In this document: in pieces, positions 39,148 to 48,453 of the stretch
Layout of the letters: every line of letters starts with the position of its first letter
How positions within the stretch are numbered: the first letter of the stretch is position 1
Origin: Gaiellales bacterium
GTDB lineage: Bacteria > Actinomycetota > Thermoleophilia > Gaiellales > JAICJC01
DNA length: 64,000 bases
Direction of reading: 5' to 3'
Assembly (NCBI GenBank): GCA_036403155.1
Contig: DASWRM010000076.1
Location: forward strand, 66,909-130,908
Position numbers and translations under genes: made by a program
Notes under the pieces: model-generated
What the model was told of the DNA's origin: nothing
Database searches by the model: none
Seen by the model: only the letters and a program-made list of their open reading frames with translations

Positions 39148-39196
39148 CGGTTCACGCGGACGGCTCCACCTCCCTCCCGGAGCTCGTCCGCGGTGC

Positions 39197-39228
39197 GGGG
39201 GAGCGGTCGCCGGTGCGACCGCTCCCCC
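39197..39228. terminator. bidirectional terminator hairpin between the small ORF and gatD
   Basis: Perfect 13-bp stem gggggagcggtcg / cgaccgctccccc with a 6-nt loop. It sits between convergent genes, 49 nt after the small-ORF stop and 8 nt after the gatD stop. Confidence 0.6.
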
Positions 39229-39235
39229 GAGTGGC

Positions 39236-39964
39236 TCACCGGTCCGCGATGCGGGCGGCGACCCGCTGCGCCTCGAGCTCCAGCGCGTCGTCGAGCTCCG
39301 CCAGGGCCTGCGGGATGCCGGCCCGCTCGAGCGCCTGGGCGATCAGCCAGTCTGCGAGCCACGGATTCTTCGGCAGCAGGGGCCCATGCACGTACGTCCC
39401 CACCACGGACCCGGCGTGCACCCCCTCGCCGCCGTCGCGTCCGTTGTTGCCGTTCCCGGAGACCACGCGGCCGAGCGGGGAGAGCCCCGGCCCGAGCGTC
39501 GTGCGCCCGGCATGGTTCTCGAAGCCGACGAGCCGGCGCGGTGGCCCGCCGTCGAGGGAGCATTCGAGCACGACGTTGCCGATCATCCGCGTGCTGCCGG
39601 CCTCGGTCACCAGGTCGACCAGGCCGATTCCGCGCATCTCGTCGCCCTGGTGCCCTCGGTAGTAATGGCCGAGCAGCTGGTAGCCGCCGCAGACGGCCAG
39701 CACCGCGGCGCCGGATGCCACCTGCTCGGCGAGCGTGCCCGCATGCCTGGCGATGTCGTCCGCTATCAGCATCTGGTCACGGTCCTGCCCGCCGCCGAGG
39801 TAGTACAGGTCGGCGTCGGGAAGCGCCTCGCCGACGCCGACTCCCGTGACCTCGAAGCCGATGTCGCGCCACCGGCAGCGATGCTCCAGCACCGCAATGT
39901 TTCCGCGGTCGGCGTAGATGTTGAGGTGCTCGGGATAGAGGTGGGCCACGCGCACGGCGGTCAT
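39236..39964 (-). CDS. gatD: lipid II isoglutaminyl synthase, glutaminase subunit (CobQ/GatD-like amidotransferase)
   Basis: VAHLYPEHLNIYADRGN...LYYLGGGQDRDQ...AVCGGYQLLG (Cys nucleophile)...TYVHGPLLPKN. The ATG overlaps the murT stop (ATGA). Confidence 0.8.
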   Translation of the reverse strand: MTAVRVAHLYPEHLNIYADRGNIAVLEHRCRWRDIGFEVTGVGVGEALPDADLYYLGGGQDRDQMLIADDIARHAGTLAEQVASGAAVLAVCGGYQLLGHYYRGHQGDEMRGIGLVDLVTEAGSTRMIGNVVLECSLDGGPPRRLVGFENHAGRTTLGPGLSPLGRVVSGNGNNGRDGGEGVHAGSVVGTYVHGPLLPKNPWLADWLIAQALERAGIPQALAELDDALELEAQRVAARIADR

Positions 39965-41319
39965 GCCGCCTCCTGCCAGTAGGGCGCCACCAGCCCGCGC
40001 GCCTCCAGCAGGCCGCGCAGCTGCAGCATCGCCGTGTACGTCGCGAGCAGATACGCCGTGCCGGCGGCTTCCGATGCGACACGGTCGACGGCGGCGCCGA
40101 CATCGGGCTCCACCTGGATCCGCCCGGCATCGACGTCGGCGTACTTGAGCCGCATGCCCATCTCGGCTGCACGGGTTCCGGTGCACACGACGCGATCGAC
40201 CTGGGGCGCGAGCCGCTCGAAGTCGACGTCCCAGATCCACGATACGTCCCGGCCGTCGGCGATCCGGTCGTTCAGCGCCACGAGCAAGGTCTTTCGGCGG
40301 GCGTCCCCGGCCAGCGTGCGGATCACCTCGTTGGCTCCGGCAGGATTCTTCACGAGCAGCAGCACCGCGTCGACGTCGCCCAGCCGGATCCGCTCGAAGC
40401 GGCCGAAGGCGGCCGAGAAGCGCTCCAGCCCGGCCACCACATCGTCGATCCCGGCCCCGGCGCGGAGCGCCAGCGCCGCCGCCGCCAGTGCGTTGTAGAC
40501 GTTGTAGAGGCCCGGCAGCGGGAGGCGCACCGGCACGTCGCCCGACGGCGTGCAGAGCCGAAAGGAGACCGCGTCCAACCCCTCGAGCCGGATGTCGCGC
40601 GCGGCCAGGTCGAGCGAGGGGCGCGCGTCGCCGCACGACGGGCACGCCCAGTCGCCGAGGTGCCCGAGGTACACCGCCCGGTATGCGTAGCGGGCGCCGC
40701 AGCGGACGCACCACTTCGAGTCCGATGCGTGCTGCATCTCGGCCAGCGCGACGGCCGGATCGTCCAGCCCGAACCAGGTGTGACGCTCCCGCTCGCGGCC
40801 GATCGACGCGACCAGCGGGTCGTCGGCGTTGCTGATCAGCGCCGTGCCGCCGGGCAACGCCTCGCACATCGCGCGCCAGCGCCCGGCGATCAGCTCGAGC
40901 TCGCCGTAGCGGTCGAGCTGGTCGCGGAACAGGTTGCCGAGCACGAGGGTGCGGGGGGACAGCGAGGCCGCGACGCCGGGCAGCGCCGCCTCGTCTACCT
41001 CGAACAGGCCGAGGTCGGCGTCGTGGTCCCGGATCAGCGCCGAGGCGACCCCGGATGCGAGGTTCGCGCCCGCCCCGTTGCGGCTCAGACGCAGGGGAGG
41101 CGAGAGGATCGACGCGGCCATCTTGGCCGTGGTCGTCTTGCCGTTGGTTGCCGAGATCACCGCCGACCCGCGCCGCAAGCCGGTGGCGAGCCGGTCGATT
41201 GCGTCCGGCTGGACGGCGAGCAGCAGGCGCCCGGGCAGTGTGGTGCCCCCGCCGCGACCGGTGGCACGGGACAGCGCCGCGGTCGCTCGCGCGAGCCCGA
41301 CTTTCGCCTGGAACAGCAC
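39961..41319 (-). CDS. murT: lipid II isoglutaminyl synthase, Mur ligase-like subunit MurT
   Basis: ISATNGKTTT P-loop, a Cys4 ribbon (CVRCG...CPSCG) and a DUF1727-like C-terminus. It is paired with gatD. Confidence 0.85.
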   Translation of the reverse strand: MLFQAKVGLARATAALSRATGRGGGTTLPGRLLLAVQPDAIDRLATGLRRGSAVISATNGKTTTAKMAASILSPPLRLSRNGAGANLASGVASALIRDHDADLGLFEVDEAALPGVAASLSPRTLVLGNLFRDQLDRYGELELIAGRWRAMCEALPGGTALISNADDPLVASIGRERERHTWFGLDDPAVALAEMQHASDSKWCVRCGARYAYRAVYLGHLGDWACPSCGDARPSLDLAARDIRLEGLDAVSFRLCTPSGDVPVRLPLPGLYNVYNALAAAALALRAGAGIDDVVAGLERFSAAFGRFERIRLGDVDAVLLLVKNPAGANEVIRTLAGDARRKTLLVALNDRIADGRDVSWIWDVDFERLAPQVDRVVCTGTRAAEMGMRLKYADVDAGRIQVEPDVGAAVDRVASEAAGTAYLLATYTAMLQLRGLLEARGLVAPYWQEAA

Positions 41320-41326
41320 GCTCGCG

Positions 41327-41524
41327 TCAGTCGGCGCTGTGCGCCATCACGAGCTCGGCCTCGATGTCCTCGAGCCGATCCTGCAGACGGTTCCAGGCAT
41401 CCAGCTCGTCGTCCTCGTACCGCTCGCTGTCGCGCGTGGCGTCGAGGTACTCCTGCCAGGCCCGGCGCCGCAGGCCGTGGCCGACGTCCTGATCCGGGGT
41501 GGTGGGTGCTGGATGCGTCGTCAT
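41327..41524 (-). CDS. small acidic hypothetical protein (65 aa)
   Basis: MTTHPAPTTPDQDVGHGLRRRAWQEYLDATRDSERYEDDELDAWNRLQDRLEDIEAELVMAHSAD. It lies 8 nt upstream of murT on the same strand. Confidence 0.4.
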   Translation of the reverse strand: MTTHPAPTTPDQDVGHGLRRRAWQEYLDATRDSERYEDDELDAWNRLQDRLEDIEAELVMAHSAD

Positions 41525-41740
41525 GGCTGCACCCCATTCTAGCGGGTGACCGGCCGCCAGGGTCCCGGCGGACCGGGTCGGGGCGGGGAGGAGTAGAGCG
41601 TGTTGAGAACTTCGCAACCGGATTCGTCGCGGTGCCAGTCCGCTCACGGTTTGCTATTGTCGGTGCCCCGCGACAACACAGCCGGCGGGGGTTCTCGCCG
41701 GATATGGCGGAGTCGGCAATCTCGACGGAGAATAGGGTCG

Positions 41741-42424
41741 ATGCGTCGCAAGACCGTGTACCGCGCGATCGAAGGCATCGATCGCACGCAGCTGGAGGCC
41801 TTCCAGGCCGGAATGCGCAAGCGCTACTCCGACGAGCACATCCTCGCGGAGCTGAACGCCTGCGCGAAGCGACTCGGCAGGTCGCCCACCATGCGCGAGT
41901 TCGAGGCCGACCCCGAGACGACCGTTCACCCGCAGACGGTGATCGAGCACTTCAAGTCGTGGAATCGCGCGAAGCGGCTCGCGGGCCTCGTCCCGCGGCG
42001 CTTTGCGACGCGCGACGAGCTGCTCAAGCTGCTGCGCGAGCTCGGCGACCAGCTCGGCCGCGTGCCGACGGCGAAGGACATCGAGGCGCGGAAGGGGTCG
42101 ATGCCGTCCAAGTCGCTCTACTGGCACACGTTCGGATCGCTGAACAACGCCCTCAAGGAGGCGGGATTCGACGTCCCGGTGGGGGAGGAGCGGCTGGAGC
42201 GCGCCATCGACCAGGGCACCGCGCTGGCCGTGCGCGTGGGGCGCCTGCCGAAGTTCGCGGACTGGGCGCAGGCCCGTCGCGAGGACCCGTCCATGCTGAC
42301 CGAGTGGCAGGTCTACCGGATGTTCGACGCGCGTCGCGGCGCATGGTCGACGTTCCAGTTCCTGATCCGCCAGCGGCTCGAGGGCCGGGGCGTCGCGGTC
42401 GGCCCCGAGGGTCGGATCGGCTGA
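41741..42424 (+). CDS. stand-alone homing-endonuclease-associated-repeat (HNH_repeat-like) protein
   Basis: Three copies of a roughly 55-aa repeat of the form L..L......GR.PT...........H.....F.SWN.A...AG (LAELNACAKRLGRSPTMREF...FKSWNRAKRLAG; LLKLLRELGDQLGRVPTAKDI...FGSLNNALKEAG; a third copy is degenerate). No nuclease motif is seen. Confidence 0.55.
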   Translation: MRRKTVYRAIEGIDRTQLEAFQAGMRKRYSDEHILAELNACAKRLGRSPTMREFEADPETTVHPQTVIEHFKSWNRAKRLAGLVPRRFATRDELLKLLRELGDQLGRVPTAKDIEARKGSMPSKSLYWHTFGSLNNALKEAGFDVPVGEERLERAIDQGTALAVRVGRLPKFADWAQARREDPSMLTEWQVYRMFDARRGAWSTFQFLIRQRLEGRGVAVGPEGRIG

Positions 42425-42440
42425 GGCTCCGCCTCCCGGG

Positions 42441-42860
42441 CTAGGCGCAGAGCGGGCAGTCTTCCGGCGGCAGCAGGTCGAGGTCGATGACGGCCTGCAG
42501 CGCTGCCCGCGCGAGCAGCGCCGAGTCGCCGGGGCCCAGCCGGGGCTGCGCGATCTCGTCCCACGGCACCAGCCGGGGCCCGACCGAGAGCTCGACGCGG
42601 GCGACGGCCGGTGCGCCGCGCTCGGCGTCCAGCCCCGACGAGCACTCGACCGGCGCGGTCAGGCTCACGGTCGACACCTGTTCGCCCAGCCGGAACCGGC
42701 GCAGGTACATGGGCGGCAGCTCGCCCCCCAGGTCGAGGTAGCGATAGCCGGCCGCAGCCGGCGTCTGCGGGATGCGGGCATGCGAGCAGCAGCGCGCGAG
42801 TCGTTCCGCGTCCGCCGGATCGATCTCCCCCCGCAAACGCCCCAGCATCTCGATCGTCAT
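42441..42860 (-). CDS. hypothetical protein (139 aa)
   Basis: ATG 42860 ([21 protein letters not shown]...), ending in ...PPEDCPLCA. No family recognised. It is convergent with the HNH_repeat gene. Confidence 0.35.
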   Translation of the reverse strand: MTIEMLGRLRGEIDPADAERLARCCSHARIPQTPAAAGYRYLDLGGELPPMYLRRFRLGEQVSTVSLTAPVECSSGLDAERGAPAVARVELSVGPRLVPWDEIAQPRLGPGDSALLARAALQAVIDLDLLPPEDCPLCA

Positions 42861-43029
42861 GCACCCGTTGTCGGCCCTCACCGGAGGCGGCACATCCCCC
42901 GGCGGCGCTAACACAAGCACGACGATTCGCAACTGCACCCGAATTGCGCTCAAGAGTCCGCGCCGCGCGGCCGATCCCACTGGTACACGGGGGCGTACGC
43001 GCGTCCCCCTGACGGAGGATCTTCGACTC

Positions 43030-43959
43030 GTGAGCAACGCACCCGCCGACGACACGCCGGCCAATCCCGAGATCCAGCTCGACTCCCCGGAGGCCGAGGT
43101 GGAGGAGCTCGACCTGGTCGAAAGCTCCGCGCCGGCGGTCGACCTGCTGCACACCTACGTCCGGCAGATCGGCGACGGCGCGCTGCTGACGCATGAGGAG
43201 GAGCTCGACCTCGCCCGCCGCAAGGACCTCGGCGACGAGGCTGCCAAGGCACGCCTGGTCGAGTGCAACCTGCGCCTGGTCATCAGCATGGCGCGCGCGT
43301 ACTCCTCATCCGGCGTGCCGCTGCTCGATCTGATCCAGGAGGGCAACCTGGGCCTGATGCGAGCGGTCGAGAAGTTCGACTACCGGCGCGGCTACAAGCT
43401 TTCCACCTACGCAACCTGGTGGATCCGCCAGTCGATGTCGCGCGCGATCGCGGATCAGGGGCGCACCATCCGCCTGCCGCTGCACGTGCTGGACGTGATC
43501 AAGAAGCTGCACCGCGCGCGCCGCAAGCTGACCCAGACGCTCGGGCGCGACCCGCTGCCCTCCGAGCTGGCCGCCGAGCTCGAGCTGCCCGTCGAGCGCG
43601 TCATGGAGCTCCAGCGCATGATCGAGGATCCCGTGTCGCTCGAGGCGCCGGTGGGCGACGGAGAGTCGCTCTTCGCCGACATGGTGGAGGACGTCAACTC
43701 ACAGCGGCCGCACGACGAGGTCGCGGGCCACGAGCGGACGAAGGAGCTGCAGGAGGCGCTCGACGGCCTCAACGAGCGCACGCGCCACGTGCTCGAGGCG
43801 CGGTTCGGCCTCGGCAACCGCGAGCCGGCCACCCTCGAGCAGGTCGGCTCCGAGATCGGCGTGACGCGCGAGCGCGTCCGCCAGATCGAGACGCGCGCCC
43901 TGCGCGAGCTGGAGAACCGCAATCCTGATCTCAGGGATTTCCTGCCCGGCCACGAGTGA
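43030..43959 (+). CDS. sigma-70 family RNA polymerase sigma factor (group 1/2, HrdB/SigB-like, no long region 1.1)
   Basis: Region 2 ([34 protein letters not shown]), region 3 (RTIRLPLHV) and region 4 ([20 protein letters not shown]). GTG 43030 follows GGAGGA. Confidence 0.85.
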   Translation: MSNAPADDTPANPEIQLDSPEAEVEELDLVESSAPAVDLLHTYVRQIGDGALLTHEEELDLARRKDLGDEAAKARLVECNLRLVISMARAYSSSGVPLLDLIQEGNLGLMRAVEKFDYRRGYKLSTYATWWIRQSMSRAIADQGRTIRLPLHVLDVIKKLHRARRKLTQTLGRDPLPSELAAELELPVERVMELQRMIEDPVSLEAPVGDGESLFADMVEDVNSQRPHDEVAGHERTKELQEALDGLNERTRHVLEARFGLGNREPATLEQVGSEIGVTRERVRQIETRALRELENRNPDLRDFLPGHE

Positions 43960-44888
43960 ACGCGACCACGGCCGCGGTTGAGACGTTCGCCTCGCGGCTG
44001 TCGCACGTCAGCCTGGCGGTGCTGGCGCTGGCCGTGGCGCTGCACCTGGCGAACCTGCTGCTCCGCGCCACCGCCTGGCGCACGACGCTGGCCGCGGCGT
44101 TGCCGCTGCGCTCGTTCCGCTGGAGGGGAGTGACCGGGGCCTACGTGGCCGGAGCCGGCGTGAACAGCGTCGTGCCGGCCAGGGGAGGGGACGTGGCCCG
44201 CGTCGTGCTGGCCTCACGGCTCGCCCCCGGATGCTGCTGCGTCACGGTCGCATCGACGCTGCTGGTCGAGACGCTGCTGGACGCCGCCGTCGGAACCTCG
44301 CTCGCCGCATGGGCCGTCTCGTCCGGAGCCGTGCCTGCCGGCCTGGTCGCCCTGCGCCCGCCGGGGGGCCCGGTCGTCACCGTGGCAGCGGGAGTTCTCG
44401 CCGCGCTCGCGTCTACCCTGGTGGCCGGCCGGGCCCGGGCGCGGGCGCGTCTCGTCGCCCGCGAGTTTCAGCTCGGCGTCGCGATCCTCTCCAGCCCGCG
44501 GGCCTACGCGCGCGGCGTGGCGGCGCCCCAGGGGCTGGCCTGGGCGGCGCGGCTGGCATCGATCTACTGCTTCCTCCAGGCGTTCCACATCGACGCCGAC
44601 GTCGGCCAGGCCGCGCTGGTGCTGCTCGCGGGCAGCCTCGCCACCGTGATGCCGTTCACGCCGGGGGGCGTGGGCGCCCAGCAGGCGCTGCTCGTCGTGC
44701 TGCTGAGCGGGATCGCGTCGCCGGCCGCCGCGGTGTCCTACAGCCTCGGCACGCAGTTCGTGACGACCGTCGTGAACGTCGCTCTGGGCGGCACGTGCGC
44801 CGGGCTGATGGTGGGGCGCATGCCGTGGCGGGCGCGGCTGGCAACCGCGGAGCCACCGTCGCTGCCCGCTGCAACCTCGGGCGAGTAG
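43956..44888 (+). CDS. flippase-like (UPF0104 / LPG-synthase-TM family) membrane protein, paralog 1
   Basis: Polytopic protein with LLLRATAWR...[29 protein letters not shown]...[12 protein letters not shown]. The GTG overlaps the sigma stop (GTGA). Confidence 0.65.
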   Translation: MNATTAAVETFASRLSHVSLAVLALAVALHLANLLLRATAWRTTLAAALPLRSFRWRGVTGAYVAGAGVNSVVPARGGDVARVVLASRLAPGCCCVTVASTLLVETLLDAAVGTSLAAWAVSSGAVPAGLVALRPPGGPVVTVAAGVLAALASTLVAGRARARARLVAREFQLGVAILSSPRAYARGVAAPQGLAWAARLASIYCFLQAFHIDADVGQAALVLLAGSLATVMPFTPGGVGAQQALLVVLLSGIASPAAAVSYSLGTQFVTTVVNVALGGTCAGLMVGRMPWRARLATAEPPSLPAATSGE

Positions 44889-44918
44889 CCCCCGCCGCGC
44901 GAGTGGCACACTGTAGCG

Positions 44919-45884
44919 GTGCGGTCGCTGAACAGCTTCTGGGACGCCTGCACGGCGTTCGTTGACCAGTTCTCCCGGGTGGGAGTGGAGGCGCTCGGCC
45001 TCGCGCTGCTGTTCTACGTGTGCAACCTGCTGCTCCGGGCGACGGCCTGGCGCAACATCCTGCGCGCCGCCCGCCCGCAGGAGCGGTTCCGGTGGCGGAC
45101 GGTGACGGGGGCGTACCTGTCCGGCGTCGGCGTGAACGCGCTCGTGCCCGCGCGAGGCGGCGATCTGGTCAAGCTCTACCTCGTCCACCGCACGGTGCCC
45201 GGGACGCCGTACCCGACGCTGGCCAGCTCCCTGCTGGCCGAGACGCTGTTCGACATGTTCGTCGGCCCGCTGCTGCTGCTGTGGGCGCTCAGCAGGGGCC
45301 TGATCCCCGGCATCCCGACGCTCAGCTCCGGCAGGCTGGGCGCGTTCGAGTGGTCGTTCTTCGCCGGGCACGGGCGCCTCCTGGGCTTCGTGATCGCCGG
45401 CCTGCTGATCGCACTCGCGGTGGCCGTCACGACGATCGAGCGCCGGCTTTCCAGTTTCTGGGACCGTGTGCGTGAGGGTCTCGCGATCCTGCGCACGCCG
45501 CGCCGCTACCTGCGCCGCGTGGTGGCCTACCAGGCGCTCGGCTGGGCCTGCCGGGTCGCGGCCATGTTCGAGTTCCTGAGCGCCTTCCACATCCCCGCCG
45601 GGGTCGACGACGCTGCTCTCGCCCTCAGCGCGGGCAGCATCGCGACGCTGATGCCGCTCACGCCCGGAGGCATCGGGCCGCAGCAGGCCCTGCTCGTCTA
45701 CATGTTCGGCAATGTCGCCTCGCGCTCGGCCGTGCTGTCCTTCAGCGTCGGCATGCAGTTCGCGATCACGGCGGTCACCACCGTGCTCGGCGGCCTGTCG
45801 CTGGCGCTGATGCTGCGCCGGCTGCCCTGGAAGGCGCGGATTCCGCGCGGCCCGGCGCATGACGCCGCCCCCGCCGAGCCGTAA
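44919..45884 (+). CDS. flippase-like (UPF0104 / LPG-synthase-TM family) membrane protein, paralog 2
   Basis: The same motifs as paralog 1 ([10 protein letters not shown]...FRWRTVTGAYLSGVGVNALVPARGGDLVK...PLTPGGIGPQQA). Confidence 0.65.
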   Translation: MRSLNSFWDACTAFVDQFSRVGVEALGLALLFYVCNLLLRATAWRNILRAARPQERFRWRTVTGAYLSGVGVNALVPARGGDLVKLYLVHRTVPGTPYPTLASSLLAETLFDMFVGPLLLLWALSRGLIPGIPTLSSGRLGAFEWSFFAGHGRLLGFVIAGLLIALAVAVTTIERRLSSFWDRVREGLAILRTPRRYLRRVVAYQALGWACRVAAMFEFLSAFHIPAGVDDAALALSAGSIATLMPLTPGGIGPQQALLVYMFGNVASRSAVLSFSVGMQFAITAVTTVLGGLSLALMLRRLPWKARIPRGPAHDAAPAEP

Positions 45885-45982
45885 TTCCATCACGCACGAT
45901 AATGCCGGTTATGACAAGCTGAAACGGCGACGTCTGACCGGACGCCCCGCCGGGCCCACCACCCCCGGAGCCCGACTGCGGG

Positions 45983-46708
45983 TCAGCCGGCGAGCGGTGT
46001 GGTCGGGCTGCCGGGCCCGATCGGGCCGGTGTAGGCGTGCCGCACGCGCGCGGCCTGCAGCCGTGCCAGCGCCTCACCGAGCAGGTCGCCGCCGGCGCCG
46101 CCCTCCAGCTCGGCGAATCCCGCGGCCCCGCACGCGAGCCCATCGCCGTCGAGGTCGAGCAGCTGCACTGCATCGCGGACCCGCTTGAACGCCGCGCGCG
46201 CCTCGAACGTTCCGGCCCGCGGAACCAGGAGCGCGAAGCGGTCCGCGCCGAGGTGCCCGACGATGTCGCCCTGGCGCACAGCCCGGCGCGCGGCCGAGCC
46301 GACCAGCTCCACCATCCGCGACTCGTCGATGCCGGGGCCAAGCAGCATGCCGTCGACCTCGAACACGCAGACGCCCAGCCGCCGGTCGCGCCACCGTGCG
46401 GCCGATGCACATCGCTCGAGCTCCGCGAGGAACGCCTGAGGGTCGAGGATGCCGTCCGACCGCCGGCCGATCGCCTCGCGCGCAATGGCGATCATGTCGC
46501 CGAGCGCCCGCTCGAAATCGACCCGCGATTCGTCGCCGCCGTCCGGCCAGCGCAGGACCAGCCGCTGTTCGTCGTCGAACGAGGCCTCGGCCCCGCTCTG
46601 GGCGCGCACGTGGGCGAGCACCTCGGCGATCGTCTGTTCACCGGCGCCCGGCGCGGCAAGGGCCGCGGCGACACCGGCGATCACGCGCATGAGGGACGGC
46701 TCGGTCAC
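45983..46708 (-). CDS. degenerate GGDEF-domain protein (A-site GADRF, I-site RxxD retained)
   Basis: VRQGDIVGHLGADRFALLVP aligns to RxxD-N5-GGDEF. The upstream metal/substrate motif (DxFKxxND) is absent. The N-terminal roughly 100 aa are of unknown fold. Confidence 0.6.
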   Translation of the reverse strand: MTEPSLMRVIAGVAAALAAPGAGEQTIAEVLAHVRAQSGAEASFDDEQRLVLRWPDGGDESRVDFERALGDMIAIAREAIGRRSDGILDPQAFLAELERCASAARWRDRRLGVCVFEVDGMLLGPGIDESRMVELVGSAARRAVRQGDIVGHLGADRFALLVPRAGTFEARAAFKRVRDAVQLLDLDGDGLACGAAGFAELEGGAGGDLLGEALARLQAARVRHAYTGPIGPGSPTTPLAG

Positions 46709-46761
46709 TGCGACTCTGTATCGGGAGGTCGCGACGGCCGCTTGAGCGGTTTGCGACGCCT

Positions 46762-48222
46762 CTACGCGACGGCAGCGCGCAGCACGGGCGCGGGCAGCGT
46801 CAGCTCCGGGTGCTGCATCGATTCGAGCGAGAAGTCCGCCAGCAGGCCGAGCCGGTAGGAGTCGGACTCGCGATGCAGGACGGCCACGAAGGCGTCCACC
46901 AGGTCGCTCTGGAACTGGCTGCCGCGGCCGTTCAGGAGCTGCTGGATCGCCACCTCGGGCGCCATCGCGTTGCGGTAGGGCCGCGTCGACGTCATCGCGT
47001 TGTAGGCGTCCGCGACGGCGATGATCCGCGCCAGCAGCGGGATCTCGTCCCGCGCCAGGCCGTCCGGGTAGCCGGCGCCGTCATACCGCTCGTGATGTGA
47101 CCGCACGATCCGCGCGACCTCGTCGTAGCCCTCGACCTCGATCAGGATGTTCGCCCCGATCTCGGAATGACGGCGCATCTCGGCCCACTCGTCGTCGTTC
47201 AGCGCCGAGGTCTTCTGGAGCACCTCTGCGCGGACGCCGATCTTGCCGATGTCGTGCACGAGGCCGGTCAGGTGCACCATCTCCACCTCGCCGTCCGGCA
47301 TTCCCACCTCACGCGCGATGTCGCGCGAGTAGACGGCGACGGCCGCAGAATGGCCGGCCGTCCAGGCGTCTCGCGCGTCGAGCGCCCGCACCATCGCCGC
47401 GGCGAAGCTGAGGTTGACCCGGCGCAGGTGCTGGTTGGCTTCCTCCAGCCGCGCGTTGGTGGTCGTCAGCTGGTCGATCAGCTGGCTCTGCCTGGCGTAC
47501 AGGCTGTAGCTGAGGTGCGCGGCCAGGAGCGGGATGGCGATGAACGCGAGCACCCAGGCGCCCGCGACGCCGTACGCGAAGGCGTAGAGCGCGGTGAGCG
47601 GCGTGTAGAGCGCCATCGTCAGCATCTCCGCCGCGCGCAGCTGGTGCCAGACCTGCCGCGGCGATACGACGCCGCGCAGGTGGCCGACCACCATCGTGGA
47701 CAGCATGTCCACCGTCACGTACGCGAGCCCCGCCACCAGCGTGGCCACGAGCACGTCCAGCAGGGATGACCTGCCGATCGCGTCCTCGATGGCGAGCGCC
47801 GCGGCGCCTCCGAAGAGGCCCGCGATGGCGCGCGAGGAGGCATAGATCGTGAACCGCTCGAGCGGCCCCCGCCGGTCGCCGAGCATTCCGGCGAACCCGA
47901 CCAGCGCACCGGCGGCAGGCCCGAACACGACCGCCGCGAGGACGATCGGGATGAACGACACGGACAGCTCGATCGCATTGAGCGGCATCCCCCGCCCCTC
48001 GGCGATCAGGGCGGCGACGGCGAGCACGAGCAGCACGTCCCACCGTGCGGCCCCGTGCAGCGCCAGGCCGGCGGCGGTCCCGCAGGCGGCCACGGCGGTC
48101 AGGATGACCGCATATGCACGGATGATCGTCAAGTTCCTAGCGGCCAAGTCTTTCGAATGGGTCAATAGTTGACATCCCTCTGCCAAGTGTGTATCTTCTC
48201 CCCCATTCGGGGTACACGCCAC
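46762..48222 (-). CDS. membrane-anchored HD-GYP c-di-GMP phosphodiesterase
   Basis: A multi-TM N-terminal half, then HD (LVHDIGKIG) and HHERYDGAGYPDGL (the GYP motif). The start is uncertain: GTG 48222, or TTG 48132 just before the first TM segment. Confidence 0.8.
   Translation of the reverse strand: MACTPNGGEDTHLAEGCQLLTHSKDLAARNLTIIRAYAVILTAVAACGTAAGLALHGAARWDVLLVLAVAALIAEGRGMPLNAIELSVSFIPIVLAAVVFGPAAGALVGFAGMLGDRRGPLERFTIYASSRAIAGLFGGAAALAIEDAIGRSSLLDVLVATLVAGLAYVTVDMLSTMVVGHLRGVVSPRQVWHQLRAAEMLTMALYTPLTALYAFAYGVAGAWVLAFIAIPLLAAHLSYSLYARQSQLIDQLTTTNARLEEANQHLRRVNLSFAAAMVRALDARDAWTAGHSAAVAVYSRDIAREVGMPDGEVEMVHLTGLVHDIGKIGVRAEVLQKTSALNDDEWAEMRRHSEIGANILIEVEGYDEVARIVRSHHERYDGAGYPDGLARDEIPLLARIIAVADAYNAMTSTRPYRNAMAPEVAIQQLLNGRGSQFQSDLVDAFVAVLHRESDSYRLGLLADFSLESMQHPELTLPAPVLRAAVA
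48169..48197 (+). promoter_or_regulatory. near-consensus sigma70-type promoter facing the coiled-coil gene
   Basis: TTGACA (48169-48174), a 17-nt spacer, then TATCTT (48192-48197), in a locally AT-richer patch. It overlaps the most upstream possible start of the divergent HD-GYP gene. Confidence 0.4.
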
Positions 48223-48428
48223 TCACCAAAGCGAGGGACACCATGTCGTCCAAGGTCTGGTAGAAACGCTCGAGATCTCAGCATCGGCCATATCGGCATC
48301 AATCGTTAGAGCTTGATAGCCAAATCGGCCGGGGGGAATCCCGCTTTTCGCCTCACGGCGACCGATCCCTCTCCCCCACACGGTCTCTTGAGGGTTCGGC
48401 CGATGCAAGGTCGGGTCGAGAACAGAGC

Positions 48429-48453
48429 TGAAGGCACCCGCCGGGTGCCTTCA
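48429..48453. terminator. strong hairpin in the 513-bp intergenic region
   Basis: An 11-bp perfect stem tgaaggcaccc / gggtgccttca with a 3-nt loop. There is no clean U-run on the plus strand. On the minus strand it is followed by cagcucuguucuc. Confidence 0.35.
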
